A DNA stretch of 62,246 nucleotides, filler included, from Dimargaris cristalligena (taxonomy: Eukaryota): NCBI GenBank assembly GCA_003614675.1. It is 4 parts of 4 records of this genome, joined end to end, with 100 filler letters (N's around TTAATTAATTAA, not from the genome) between each part and the next. Parts side by side here need not be neighbours in the genome. Positions count along the whole stretch, not along the records: positions 1 to 15,518 come from ML002885.1; positions 15,619 to 31,127 come from ML002886.1; 2 more parts are not named here. One strand, written 5' to 3'. The notes under the pieces were generated by a model. The model was not told where the DNA came from, ran no database searches, and saw nothing but the letters and a program-made list of their open reading frames with translations. The position numbers and the translations under genes were made by a program. The stretch's first letter is position 1; every line of letters begins with the position of its first letter. Positions 13,353 through 27,653 of this stretch are shown piece by piece.

Positions 13353-15518
13353 ACTTGTAGAAACCAGGTATATATATATATATATGTATTCGAATATATC
13401 AATATAGTGCATGTTTAAAAGGTTGGGCTCTTCTGGCATTGTACTTTTTAAAGGCCTTCATTCTCGCTGATACTTCATTGGATTGTAAGGTATAATATAT
13501 CCGAAACAGTTCTGGGGTTAATTATTAGGTTATGGGCAAGTTATGATTGATAAAGGTGAGAAATAGGGTGGCTCGGTGGGTTCAGATTAAGTCGGGTACG
13601 GAGTGATTGATGTGGCCGGGCCTGCTTAAACCGTAAACGCATACCCCGATCATAAACTATTTTTTGGATTTTGGAAAAGGTGAAGAACATTACTGAAGGC
13701 TCAACCTTCATCTTTTCCAACCCGGGCTGGTACTTTGGCAGTCTGGGCTCATCATCCAGTTTTCATTATTTCTATTCGGGCAACTTTTTTAGTTTTAGAG
13801 AGTTGGGGCATATCCCCAGCCTAGGTATCCTCCAGCCTTCATTATTTCGTTTATTATTCCAGTTAGCTCTCTTCAAGTATTCATTACAATCCGTTGGGGG
13901 CTTCCCAGTACTATATAGTAGCACTGCAGTAAGTCACTATGTTTATGCTCTTTTCTACTAACCAGGTTTTCTTTAAATACCCGCTGGGAATTCTCTCCCC
14001 ATAAAGGCAAGCAGCTTTACACCCTTCAATTTTATTATTATTAGTTTTCCCCCGATCCACCGGTATGATCTTACCTGCGCCATCCCTTGGCCCAAACCCA
14101 TTCGCTGTGCCCTGTCCACCACGTACTAGAAGGTTCCCCCCGAGTGATCTCAGCGACTGCCTAGTTGTTCCTGTCAAAAAGTCCAGACAAGAACCGCCCC
14201 TGCCAAGTGCGAGTTTTTATTCCCCCAAGAGATCTATGTTTAACATTGGGCTGTCACTGCTTCAGCCGGTACTGATATAAGGTTATCAAGGTCCTATTAT
14301 CATCGTTTGGCCTCAATTCCAGTCACAACACAATACAACAAGCCGACTTTAAGAAAAGATCTGATATTAATAACACGCCAGCTAAAAAAAGCAGTAATAG
14401 AGATGGATAGTTGTACTGGTATACTATGCTGCTGGTCTTATTGGTTTTGATAATTTGCTTGTTTCGCCACCAATGGCTGCCTATTGCTCGCTCTGCCATA
14501 GCCTATTTGCCAATACAGTTCCAACGGATTGTCCATGGACACGCACACTGGATGACTTCCACCTGTCTTGTAACGGCGGGACATTACCGTGACGGTTTAA
14601 AATTTGGGATATTTCAATAACATCTGAGTTTTGGATTTAGAATTAATAATGGTATGTATTATCCCGCTTCCCATGTAGCATTTTAAATCGTTTGTGATGT
14701 GATGTGATAGGTGATCATTTTCTCAATTCTAAATTATAATAAACACATCGGAGTATCCCCCCTTGATTAAAGATAAGTAAAGGCAGCATATATATATATA
14801 TATATAATAGATTGGCTCCCAATAGGGGGATTATTGGGATTTCCCCGGGCCTATCATTTTATTAGTCGTCTGTGGTGAGTCGGGACCAGTCGATTTGGGG
14901 TCGGTTGTGTTGAGCCAAATACTCGTTGGCCTTCTTGAAGTGATTGCTGGTGAAAAATCCCCGGTAGGCCGAAAGAGGGGAGGGGTGAGCGGATTTCAGC
15001 ACGAGATGTTTTTTCTACATAGGCAAGAAATCAAGGGGTGTAATAAAAATATTTAAAATCCGGACGGGTGGCCCCCATACAATATCGGATTAAAAATATA
15101 TAATTGCAGGTAATAATAATACACAGTGAATCCGAATAGTGGATTGATCCAAGGAAGAGTGTGAGTTTCGTGAATATCTTGTGTTTGAGCATAAAAAAGA
15201 AGGCATTAAGCCGGCCGATTCATTCGGGCAACCTTCAACAACAGCGGCATCGACTACAAGAATTTACCTTATCGATTCCGCTGCCTTTCTTCTGGGCGTA
15301 AGATCCCCAAAGTAGGAATACCACATTGGACTTCTTTTCATTCACGTAACGGATAACGGCATCTGATCAGGGGGACACGCATATAGTAATTATAACAAGG
15401 AATATTAGTGTTAGTCATTCGATTGCCAGTCGTGAGTGAACTTCTTGAATCAAACCCGCCTATATATATATATATGTAAACATATCATTCTATGGGCATC
15501 CCTCGCCCATTTTCCTGT

Positions 15519-15618
15519 NNNNNNNNNNNNNNNNNNNNNNNNNNNNNNNNNNNNNNNNNNNNTTAATTAATTAANNNNNNNNNNNNNNNNNNNNNNNNNN
15601 NNNNNNNNNNNNNNNNNN
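15519..15618. other. Artificial contig spacer
   Basis: 44 N + TTAATTAATTAA (stop codons in all six frames) + 44 N. Confidence 0.98.
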
Positions 15619-18600
15619 CCCCCCCCCGTCTAGCATCATCGAGAAAGGTAAATCGCCGGGGTGGTGGTGGGACCCCTGGTCGGTTCATTTCTATTTTTTA
15701 AGAAAACGCGCAAGAGGTCACAGCACGGCGCTTTAATAGTTGGTCGGCGGTGACCCTCTCTCTATATGCAAGCATTCATTCACCAGGGTCCTGCTCTGTC
15801 CGGTCCTGTTGTATGCCACCCTATCTTGTTGGCAGGGTTCATCAGGATTATAATTGATACTGACGTGCATACCGCCGAATTCCAGTCTCCAACCCTCTTC
15901 TTTCCTGCCTCGGCCTTACTTTGGTATGGATGGTCATCAAGAGAGAGAGAGAGTCTCCCATTAATCAATGAACTTGTCCGCACCGCACTGAATTACCACC
16001 TCCCACTGTGACCGGCCACAGGTTCTCGTCCAGATATTTCCGCTTCCTTATCCTCTCTCCTTCTAGTAGTGCATCCATCTTCATTTGCCTTATATCCCCA
16101 CTGCATAGACCCGTCGTCGTCTTTTACCCTTCTTTACTCACTTCTTGCCTAGACCCTCTTCGCTTTTTCCTGGCTTATCCGCCCTTCGTTTTGTAAACCG
16201 AACCAACCGTGCTCTGCTTTTCCGTCCTATGCGAAACAACAGGTAAGGTTGACAACGCCCTCCTCTTTTACCCGATTCCCCTCCATTTAACCCGCCCCCT
16301 TTCGCCGAGGGGAGTCTACTTGGCCTTTGGAAGGGAAAGTAAAGATAAGGAATGGAAGGGTCCTGCGGATAGCTCGGTGCGACCGAGTGAATGAGTGGGC
16401 TACTGGTAGAAGTCGCCTCTATTTGTCTTGAAAGCCCCGGTCCCGGAGACATACCTCTCTTGAATCCACCGCACCTACCTATGGTCCGCCATCACTACTG
16501 GATTCAGGCAATCGTTGGTCCCCTCCCCTCCCCTCTTTCTCTTCCCGAACCCGGACCCCGTGCCCAAAATTTCCCTCTTCGGGTGCTCTCGTAACTGACG
16601 TGCGCTCCGTCCTGAATTGATGACATCGACTGTTGCACAGAAAAGGAGGAGGAAATGGGCTGTGATAGGTTTGGTGGCTGACCGAGTCTCCCGTCAGTCA
16701 GGCACCCTACTAGTCCGTGCTGGTCCTTCGTTTTATTTTTCTTGGGCTGCACCAGGAGACGCCGGGTCGCTCCGTTACATCTACTTTCTTTATCAGCGTC
16801 CCTCGATGAAGAAGGGTTATCTGGGTTGAGCTCAGTGTTGGCGGGGGTGAATCATCGAGTCTCCTTTTCGATGTTCAAGATATGCGGACTTCCCTCCACT
16901 TTTACCATTATATTTTTGCCTCCCTCCCTCTTTCCTATTTCAGCCAGCGTGTGGTTCGTTTACCTATAAGCCTGGCTTAACTCTGGACCATGGTGACCTT
17001 CGGCCGTTTCTCACCCGGCCCATTCATCATCATCCATACTTCTTCACACCAACATTGTGTCCTGGCGTGGGTGCAAGCCCTCCAATGGCCACAATTAGAA
17101 CGTAATCCTTCCCTTTTCTTCAGACATGTCCGCTGACTGGAGGAAAGAGGGGGGGAGTAGTGGGAGAAAGTGAAAGTGGGGGGGACTGGAAAGGCAGAAG
17201 ACAGACGGGGACTATCCATCATGCTCTCTCTCTCTCTCTATCCTAATACTGCTTGCTTGCCACTCACCGTCTCCTTTTTTTTCTGACCAACCTCTGCCGT
17301 TTTTTCACACTATCCCATTTTTTTCCGTCCACGCTGACCAGGCAACTCGCATACCGCTAGACAGTAGTGAACAACCTCACCGCCATTGCTGGGAGTGGCT
17401 ATATGCGTCCGGAATAATCCACCCCTGTCGTCCTCCTCCTACTCCCCCCGCTGGGAATACTGTAGCCAAAGGTAATAATTATTCTCTCTCCCATGCTCTC
17501 TCTCTCTCTCTCTCACTAGTCCACCACCCTCTCCTCCTCCACCTTTCACCCTCTGGCTATATGCGCCCACTCATGGTGTCGGGGTGCGTTCAGTCAGTCT
17601 GGTCTCCTCTATTCCTTTTCTAGTGCTTTTTCACCCTCTTCTATTTCTTGTCTGAATCGCGCTTGTCCCGGCCGTCGCCCTGTCCCGTCTTGGCTACACT
17701 CTCTGCTATACTATATTCTCTGGTTTCCGCCTGTGTTGCTCCATTGCGTGGGTTTCCTTTTCTCTTAAGACTGTTTGCACTCACTCATCTCCGAGTCTAT
17801 ATTCTGTGTACCTTTCTTCTTATGCATGTGTCGACCTGCTTATTTCTCCTTCCCTCTTTTTAACCGCCCCGGTCCGACTCGTCCATATATACCGTATTTC
17901 CAAACCAAACCAACCCCCCATTACTACCACCACCCACCCCCAACTGCCGTGTATTATTACCACGCCCCTCTTTGCCTCATCCCCTCCCCACTAGTTCAGC
18001 CAACCTTCTTTCTGTCCAGCGCACCTGCTCCGCTGTTTATCCCGGCGTCCGTTCCAATTGCTCGCCCCTTACCCGACTCGTCTAGTAGCCCGCCGTGCTC
18101 CTGGTGTCAGAGCCCCCCTCTTACACTGTACCTTGTCCTCCACCCATTTCCCGTTTCAATTGTTATTGTGGTGCGGCTCGTCTGCTTACCATATTTCTCG
18201 GTCCCTGTCCGCCAAAGCCACCCACGCGACCCTGGCCAGTTGTAGACCTCCCAATCCTAGTTGCCAGCCAGTGGGGCCTACGTTCACCCTTTCTCCAACC
18301 CCCCTTTTTACTTGTATATTATCGACTCTCTCCTTCACCGAGGATATTGCGCTAGGTTTCCATTGTTAAAGTCCGCTCGCTGCGTGTAACTTCTTACTAG
18401 GACCAGTTCCACACTGCCTCCGATTAATCCGTCGTACATATAGCCTCCCTATAGTCTCTCGGCTTGGTGTATTTTTCCGCCGCATTCCCTTCGTCTAGCT
18501 TTAGCCCGTGTTTCCCTACACATTGCGTAGCGTATATCTATTATTCCGTCTAGATCTATTCCACCCTCACCCGGTTTAGTGATTTTGGACCCGTTTCGTC

Positions 18601-19158
18601 AAGTAATCACTTCTCCCTAGTGGCAGCGGTTAGCCCGAATCCACCAGTTCCTTCTCTCTCGGGCACTCTTTCCCCGAGTAAAATATCCACGCCAGCCGGT
18701 CTTCTCCGCCCATTTTTCATTCATTTAATGGTGATTCAATTGGTCATGTAATGGCCTGAATCAGTCAACCAGAACCTTCTTATTTATCCGTGTGTATTTT
18801 TTGGGTGTATTCAAATCACCCCTGTCAGGCTATATAATCCCCCCTCCCCCTCCTCCCTTTTCCCTCGGTATTAGCTCTCGTCATTAAGCGGATATCAAAG
18901 TGCCACCACGGGAGTTTCTATTCATATCCTTTACTCTCATACATCAACCCCATTCCACAGCCCCTTATTTCAGCCTTTTCTACTTCTCACAACCACTCCC
19001 CCTCCATAGCTGTCTTTGGACCAGTCGCTGCTCGGCTCTCTCCCACTTGGCCGCGGTTTACTCCCCCCGCCACCTCCATCACGCATATCAGTGCCACCTA
19101 CCTGGGCTACTTGCATTCCCCCGCCCCGGAGTACTTCCGAAGCGTGTTGTCCCCACAC

Positions 19159-22100
19159 ATGAGCATGTCGGGGTCGACCTCCAATATATCCTCGTTTCCC
19201 ACATCGACCTTGTATTATTCCGAATACGGACCCGGCTCGGTGCCTTCCGATCCCTCCCTCACCCTCCATAAACCAGTCTCCGGTAGGACGGCCGGCCCAC
19301 TGGAAATATCGCACCATCGTGATCCCACCGGTTTACCCATAACCCCTCATTCTCATTACGCCCCACTCTCGGCTGGTCACTATTCCGGCTCCGGAATGAC
19401 CCATGCTGCAACCCCAATCACTCCCCTATCGTCGTCCGCATCATTATACCCCTACACCAACGGTGGTATGGACCCATCCTCTGACCCAGACTCTACCCAC
19501 CCCCCATCAGTCGTTTCCCAAGCATCCGATACATCATTACCCAGCACCGCCAAGGTGTTTCATCCCCATAGCCCGCTCCGTAACAATTTCCAGAGCACCC
19601 CGACAAGCCTCGAGCGGCCAATACCAATTCCTGATCCTTCAGGTAAGTTGTTGTCCTTGATAATAATCTGTCCTGTTATTTTTAGTTCCCATGTCTTTAT
19701 CCACTGATCCGGAGGGCTGCCTCCTGCTCCTTGTCTATTTATTAACACACCAACTCTTCCCACCTTATCCTGGCTGGTTGATCAATTGTTGTCGACCGTA
19801 TATACCTATATCTCTTTCTATCTATATATATATATTACTAAATGGGTGCTGTATTTTCAACGCGCCTCGAATTAGAAGTCAAGGGGGTTATGACACGATC
19901 GCGAGCCATGCGCCAGAAACAACCCGCCATTGAAGAACCCAAGGACGAGAACTGCGCTCCTGCCGAGCCCGTGCCCGAATCCGCCAAGCCCGCCCGCAAA
20001 CGAGGTCGCCCCGTAGGGGCCAAGTCCCAACAAGTGGCCACCAAGCGCACCAAGCCCAGCGATGTAGCTATAACGGCGCCCAATACAGGGCGGCGGCGAA
20101 AGTCCGGAGCCTCCGGTGCTAAGCCCACCGAACCAACCGCCTCGTCCGCCAGCGGTACTGGTGCGGCTCAACCGACATCCGTGGCTGCCGGTCCCTACCC
20201 GATGGTCGTTCCAGGAATGCAGCGGGACCACAAACCCCAACCTTTGGCACCGACTTACCTCGGCGTGGCGTCCACTGCGTATTACCCTCTTTCGGCCTCA
20301 GCCCACACCACCCAGACCGTCGGGGAGGTACCAATAGCCGCCAAACGTCCCGTCGGTCCGTCGACATACAAGTATGATGCGAGCGGTCAGTCACTAGTTG
20401 GTAAAAAGCACGCAATGCCTTCCACCAAATTGGCCATGGGCCACAAGAAAATGATGAGAACCGCCGAGCCCGCCAACCACAGTTGGGACAACTCTGAGGG
20501 GCATTACATTGTAGTACCGGGTCAAGATTTTACCGATCGCTTCTCAATTTGTAGTCAGCTGGGTCAGGGTACTTTTGGGCGGGTTATCGAATGTTACGAT
20601 AAGGTCAACAAGTCCAAGTGCGCCATTAAAATTATCCGTTCTATTCAGAAGTACCGGGAGGCGGCTAGCGTCGAAATCCGGGTGCTTAACCGTATCCGTG
20701 AAAAGGACCCCAACAACACCTATCGCTGTATCCACCTCCGAGAGCACTTTGAGCACCTCAACCACGTTTGCATGGTCTTCGACCTAATGGGCTCTAGCGT
20801 CTTTGATTTCCTCAAGTCGAACGATTTCCACGCCTTTGCTATGCGGGAGATTCAGCACTTTGCCATACAACTCATCCGGGCCGTATCCTGTAAGTATTTA
20901 GACAATTCCCATCTTACTGTTGTCTATTGTCGATTCGATCAATGTAATCCCATTCTTTTTAAATATGGCCTGCGACTTGAGCCGTGCTAACCCACTCTTG
21001 GTTGTTGATGTTTTTTTTTTCACCCACCTTTACTTTGCCTACTATCTTCTCTGACCCCCTCCCCTCCCTCAGTTCTCCATCGGCTTAATCTCATTCACAC
21101 CGACCTTAAACCCGAGAACATCTTATTGGTCCAGACCGATTCCTATTTGAAGCCCTCCCTCCGTGACAAAAACGGAACCACCAAGGTTCTCAAAAACACT
21201 GATATTCGGCTGATCGACTTTGGCAGTGCCACTTTCCAGAATGAGTTTCACAGCTCCGTGGTTTCAACACGGCATTACCGGGCCCCTGAGATCATTATGG
21301 GTATTGGCTGGTCCTACCCCTGCGATATGTGGTCAATTGGCTGTATTTTGATGGAGTTTCTGACAGGTGATGCCCTTTTTCAGACCCATGATAATGCGGA
21401 GCACTTGGCCATGATGGAACGGGTGTTGGGGCACCTGCCTGTAAGTATGATCCAACAGTCCAGTTCGTCGGCCAAGCGGATGTTCAATCAGCACCAGCTG
21501 ATCTACCCGACCCCCGAAACCAAGCCAGCTGCCATCGAGAATGTTAAGCAGATGCGGACTTTGGAGGCGATCGTAGGCAACGAGTCCAATCAAGTCTATG
21601 CCCAGTTTCTTAATCTGGTGAAAGGCTTACTTACATTTGATCCTCGTCAGCGGCTTACGGCCGACGAGGCCCTCAACCACCCTTTCCTACGGCTGCCGCT
21701 TAACGAGACCAAACAGCCCCGGTTCCCCTCTGTGGAAACCGCCACCACCCCCTCCCCCTACCTACCGCCCGGCGGCTATAGTTCTATCCCCAATACCCCC
21801 ACCGGCGGGGGCCTGGTCACCCCACGGGCCAAAGTAGCTACATCAGGGGCCTACCCCTTCACCATGAACCTCCCTTCGGCCAACCTCCACCCCAACAACT
21901 ATGCGGAAATGTCATCCCCATCATACGCAACTCGGGGCCACCTTCTGATGCAGCCTAATATTGGACGATCGGCGGTGGGCGCGCCATCCCCACGGTTTCC
22001 GCCCGGGACCTACCTCTATCCCTCGGCTGATGGTTCAGGCATGGGGGTTAGCCTGGGAGCGACTGGCGCCACCAACCCAAACGGCTACGATAGCTACCCT

Positions 22101-23513
22101 AGCAGCCCTTATGGAATGCCGATGAGTATGGCCCGTTCCGCGGAAGTTGGCTCGGCCACTACACCGCTCTACCCAACCCTTTCGATCCACCACCAGATAT
22201 CGCAACACACCCCGCTGACCGCCACAGTACCCTATAGCCCAAGTACCCCACTGGCTAGTTTGGATTATGCCCGGCGACCCTCGCTCTCGGGACCACATTA
22301 TCCATCGTCGGGTTTTCATAATGCGGTACCATATGTACTACCCCCCATGCACCCAAGCGGACTCGCTTCGCCTTCGATGGGAGGGTTTCCGGGAGGGCAC
22401 TCGGTAGCGTCCGGGGGTGCCTATGCTCCCACCGGGTTTCGGCAACCCACGACCCTGGGCAGTAGTCGCAATATCTACCCAGTGGTCAATGGCACCGGGG
22501 ATCAGACCGGATCCGTGGTCTCCACGCCAACTTCCACTTACCCGCCTGGCTCTACGATTGGCCATGATTCGAACGATGTAAATCGAGGCTACCCCTCTAA
22601 CAGTATGGCCAATCCCTCCGTAAGTAGTAGTAGTAGTAGTGCTTATCCGGTTGCCAGCCCTCGGGCCCTGCCTTATGGTTACCCCCCGGGTGGCACTATG
22701 GGGCCGGCTAAGCCCCTCCCCCAATTGCCCACGGCATCCAAGGATCACAGCGGGGTTCTCTCACCTGTTGCCCGGTTTCAGCAACCCAACGTGCGGCGGT
22801 CACTCATCGGACAATCCCTGCAGCGGGTCAACCGACCGTCCCCGCTTGCCAATCTAACCAGCTCTGCCCTGTCCGAGTACGGCCACCCGTCAGCTGCAGG
22901 TAGTGGTCCGACTAGGTGGAGCCGAACTACACCGGCCGCCCAGCCTGTAAACTCCTCGGGCAACGGCACTACTGCGCCGTTGCGTTCGAATAATATGCCT
23001 GACCCGGTACCGGCGGGTCACCATTATATCACCCATATGCCCCCGAACCTCGCCGACCCCTCCTCGGCTCGCCCCGGCCCATACGAATACGCTGCACCCA
23101 CTACCCCGGCAGAATGTAATCAGCTACCCCGGCCCCGAATTTACGGCACTGACTCTAATAATCGACTGCCCGCAACGGCGACCCACCCGGGTCATTTGTA
23201 CACTCCGGGGTATGCTTCAAATTCGGTACCCACTACTCCTCACTATCTGTATCCATCCAATTGGAATCCAGCCGGGGAAGGGGAGGGGGTTTTCGATTTA
23301 GCTACGGGACCTCCCTCTCAAATGGGCAGCAACCGGGGGAATTTAGCCTATGGTGGTGGTGCCCCATCGACCGTTGATCCCGAACACGGTGGGCTTGACA
23401 CTCCTCTGGCGCTACTGGCATCGACCGCGGACTATTCTGTGTCCCACCGGACTATCTCTGGTAGTTCTGCTGATACCCATCATTCCAACCCAATGGATCG
23501 CTACCTCCAGTAG
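19159..23513 (+). CDS. lkh1: LAMMER dual-specificity kinase (Lkh1/Kns1/CLK family); join(19159..19642,19876..20889,21073..23513), start uncertain
   Basis: GQGTFG, AIKIIR, HTDLKPENILL, LIDFGSA, STRHYRAPE and the family signature EHLAMMERVLG; two phase-compatible GTAAGT...AG introns. Confidence 0.93.
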
Positions 23514-25865
23514 AACGGCGGGGAACCCCCCACTCATTACGCCAAATAGCACTTGGCCCTTCTCTTCCTTACCCCTCGCCTTGCCATATACATTTCTCGC
23601 CCATTTGCTATCAAATTGTTTCCCCGGTTTCTGTTTTTCTATAATATTTTTTAGTTCACACCCTCACTCTCGATATTTTCCCATTTTATTGTCATTGCAT
23701 AGTTTTTACCGTCATGATGTATCTTTGCATTGCCAAGGGCGACAATTCGTATAGTATCCCCCTGCCATATTTCGTATTTATCCATTCTTTTTAGTATTGA
23801 AGTAAGAACCATATCCCAATGACTGGCTGTACTATTTTAACTGCGACTATGGGGAGTCTGATGCGAGCACTGTTTTGATAATGATATGCCACCGCTCAAG
23901 TCATTCCCCGAATCTAATACCACTGGGCTCTTAACCTTCACACCCCACCCCACATTATTCTATTTTTATTGTGGTATCTTGAAAAATACTAATAATACCA
24001 CTTTAGACTGTCTTATCCTTGTTAGTTCCGTCATACCCCCAAGCTATATGGTTTAATATAGGGGGGAATTGCCGTTTGTGGTGCTAAACTATGATTATCG
24101 TATATTTATTTTTAATTTTCGGCCAATATGATTTATACCCACTCTTTTAACTATAAATATCATTTTACTTTTCCTTTTGTGGTCCGACGGCTGATACTAC
24201 TAGGGGTACCGATGGTACTTGATTCAACTACAATAGCAAGGCTATCGAGATGGTGGGTATGACTTTACTGCCCTAGTTTTCCTACTTATGGTCATTTCCG
24301 AATAGACGCGATGATAGGCCGCTGAGATGAAATGCAGCTGTATTATGTGGTGCGCGGTGGTATGCTTTGAGTCGACTTTATTCGGTCGAAAGGTGCGATA
24401 ATCCGACAATGCCATCTCACTCCTGCCTAGATGACGGAACCAATCGGGTCGTAAATTCTGAATATCATTCATTGCATGTAAGTGGCCGCGACTCTATCAG
24501 GTAAACTCGATGAAAAATTGGTGTGGCGATTTAAGAGTCCAGACCAGTAGTTGGTAAGTTAGCCATGCCTCTCCCTATATTACCTCGATTGGTGGAATAT
24601 TTTATTGTTGCACCTCTCTACCAGTAATCCTTCGGAACTAGGACCATTCTATTGATACTACTGGACTAGGAAGGCTTAGAATGTGTTGCGTATGTTACAC
24701 TTGCTCCTAATATATCGGTAGGATTGACCTTAACGGCTGGGTTCGCTTTTAAATTTGTCATCTGGTGGTATTTATAGTGTAGGTGAGGGCGGCTATTAGT
24801 CAGCCCATCTACGACCATACTAAATCGGACTTCTTAGTGCTGTGGGGATTCATGGCCAATAAGGTACATTGCATTTGTGTGTGGACTCATGTTTCTAAAG
24901 GTGTGGTGGTGTTGCTGTTAAGAAGGGAAAAACACGCGTAGCTTAAAAATCACCCAAATCCAAGAGGGCTTCAACGGTCTATCCAGCAGTGTCTAATTAT
25001 TAGAGAAAGGTGAGATTGGACAATACATTTGATCCGGTGGATACAGATGGGGGGGGGTATGTGGTTTATAGTTGCCGTGCATGGGTTAGCCTTCTTAGGA
25101 GCAGTATAGCTTCTGCAGGCTGCTGACGTTAGCCACCAGCTGGCAATACATTGAAGGGTATGTTCAATAATAAACGAGGGGGGGGATGTAATACCCGCGA
25201 TGAATAGAAGAGATAGCCGCCACTTACGGCTGGTCTGTTGTAGTCTATCCAAGCAGCCTCGGAATTGAGGCTAAGGTTCTCGGCTCCTGGATGTGGGTGT
25301 GATTTATCTATTTGACGCCTATGTTTATTAGCCGTGGTTGTGCATCATAGGCATAGCTGCCCTCCCCTACTTAATCGCCATTCCTCTTCCTCTCCTCCTT
25401 ATTGCCTCTCTCTCTCTCTCCTGGGCACCCACTAGTAGTCCCTGCCACTTCGCTTTTTAGTTGGTAATAAGGCTGACCAATAGCCCCCCTCTCTACCCTC
25501 CTGCCCCTCCTTTATTGAATAGACCCTTATTTCCGCTATTGGGTTCCGCATTTCCCTTCTTATACACCCACTATTATAGTTCTAGAGGGTTTTGCTCTTT
25601 ACTCGCCATCCCCCCCTGGTCGGTTACCCTTCTTACTTTGGCAACAGCTAGCTCGTTGGCCAATTTGAGTACCCGAACGAACCACAGCGGCCGTCAATAG
25701 TCTCCTAAACTAGGCAACCCTACTTGCCTTTTCGGGCCACCCCCCACACTCTCACCCGACGACCCTCCTCAACCTAATTACCACCACTGCTCCTATACCC
25801 CTCGCCCAGCCCATACTCCAGGCCGTTCCCCCTTCCGCCTAGCCTACTCCTGAACCACCCAAAAC

Positions 25866-27653
25866 ATGTCGCCAGCCGACGACCCCCAGGCCCGGGAACC
25901 CGCTTCTTCCGGCACCCCGTCCATATCCGAGTCGACGAGTGAGGGTGGTAAGCACATCACGCCAAAAGACACCCTGGGTCTTGGCTCCGGCCTGATTCCC
26001 GCCTCGCTTACCCTGGGTTTTGACTCGTCTTCTCTAGCCACCCCCACTGAATCCCTACTTGACCCGTACGTTGGGGGTGAGGTCGAAGAGGGACTATCGT
26101 CCGGTCGGCGGGGTATTCGGGGTGCCGACGGCCCGCATACGGAGACCGACCCCCTTTTGGATAGCCATTCCTCCGTTCCCCATGGGGGCCGCGGGGAAGT
26201 GGTCCATATCCACCCTGAGCGCGACCTCACGGGGGTCTGGTCCTGGCCCGAAGGACTCAAGCAACTAACCGCGTTGGCGCGCCTGGCATCACCCATTATG
26301 GTGGCCTCGGGTATTCAGAACCTCAACAGTATCGTGGGTATCGTTATTTTGGGTCATATGGGCACCCTCGAATTGGCCGTGGCCACCCTGGCCCTGACCA
26401 TCTATTCGTTCTCGGCCATCGCCCCACTCCTCGGCCTCTTAACCGCCCTCGATACCCTCTGTAGTCAAGCCTCGACGGGATCGCGCCGGCCCGGCATGCC
26501 CGGCATCTACCTCCAGCGCTGCCTCTTGCTCTGCTACCTCAGTTTCATTCCCGCCATTATCATGTGGTGGAATGTCCGACCCATTCTGACGTATCTACGC
26601 ATGGACACCGAGGTGGTCAATCTCACTGCTTATTATATCCGATTTTTGATTCCACAGACCTTCGTGGCGTGTACCTTTGAAGCCATAAAGAAATTCTACA
26701 TCGCCCAGGGTCTCCATCGCCCCATCGCCGTCATTCAAATCACCTGTACGCTAGTGGGCCTGCTGTTTTTCTACATTTTGGCGGTGGCCCCCGTCACATC
26801 GGTGGGCATTGTCGGGATTCCCCTGGCCAATTTCTGTTCCTATAGCCTGAATCTGGGCGTGGCGATTTACTGGCACCAAACCCGCGGCCGTAAGATCGGC
26901 TGGGCCGGATTCTCCTGGGAGGCGACGAAGGGATGGGGTCGGGTGGCCCGTTTGGCCGTCCCGGGTGCCTTCATGGTAAGCACCGAGGTGGTCACGTTTG
27001 ACCTACTCACCCTAGCCATGTCCTATGTGGGCACCACAGCCTTGGCTGCCCAGTCCATTTTCATGATTACAATTCAAGGAGTGACGTTGATTCTCATGAG
27101 TCTCGGGGTGGTCACGGCTAACCGGGTCGGCAATTTCCTGGGCCTGGCCATGCCCCATCGGGCCCGTCTGGTGGCCTGGACCGGCCTGGGCAGCGGAATA
27201 GCCTGCGGGCTTCTCATGGCGATCGGTTTGGTGGTGGTCCGTAACCATTGGGGGGCCATCTTCAACAACGACAAACAAGTCCAATTAATCGTGGCGACCG
27301 TCATTCCCTTGCTGAGTTTACTCATCGTCAGCCAGGCCCTCAGTCTGCTCTGCACCAACATTCTGCGCGGGCAGGGCCGACCCCAGATTGTCGCGGTCAT
27401 CAACCTCATCGTATACTACGTCATCGTCATTCCCGCCGGGGCAGTCAGCCTGTTCTACTTTAAATTGGGCATTGTAAGTTTGTGGATGTCCCTCTTGGCG
27501 GGCGTGTGGCTGAGTGCCCTGAGCGTGCTGTACGTTGTATTGCGGTCCGATTGGGACGAGGAAGTAGTGAAGTGCCGCCATCGGCTGGCCCACGATCATC
27601 GGCGTTATTTGCGAGAGTCGCCGGAATTATTGAGTGGCTCGGAGGCTGAGTAG
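25866..27653 (+). CDS. MATE-family multidrug/toxin efflux transporter, 595 aa
   Basis: About 12 hydrophobic helices; motifs GHMGTLELA, ALDTLCSQA, GIYLQR, RLAVPG, LAAQSI, NRVGNFLG, ILRGQGRP, DWDEEV. Confidence 0.92.
   Translation: MSPADDPQAREPASSGTPSISESTSEGGKHITPKDTLGLGSGLIPASLTLGFDSSSLATPTESLLDPYVGGEVEEGLSSGRRGIRGADGPHTETDPLLDSHSSVPHGGRGEVVHIHPERDLTGVWSWPEGLKQLTALARLASPIMVASGIQNLNSIVGIVILGHMGTLELAVATLALTIYSFSAIAPLLGLLTALDTLCSQASTGSRRPGMPGIYLQRCLLLCYLSFIPAIIMWWNVRPILTYLRMDTEVVNLTAYYIRFLIPQTFVACTFEAIKKFYIAQGLHRPIAVIQITCTLVGLLFFYILAVAPVTSVGIVGIPLANFCSYSLNLGVAIYWHQTRGRKIGWAGFSWEATKGWGRVARLAVPGAFMVSTEVVTFDLLTLAMSYVGTTALAAQSIFMITIQGVTLILMSLGVVTANRVGNFLGLAMPHRARLVAWTGLGSGIACGLLMAIGLVVVRNHWGAIFNNDKQVQLIVATVIPLLSLLIVSQALSLLCTNILRGQGRPQIVAVINLIVYYVIVIPAGAVSLFYFKLGIVSLWMSLLAGVWLSALSVLYVVLRSDWDEEVVKCRHRLAHDHRRYLRESPELLSGSEAE

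Noticed and set aside
15563-15574. TTAATTAATTAA as a biological palindrome or PacI site
   Set aside because: Identical in all three gaps and embedded in Ns, so it is a six-frame stop linker.
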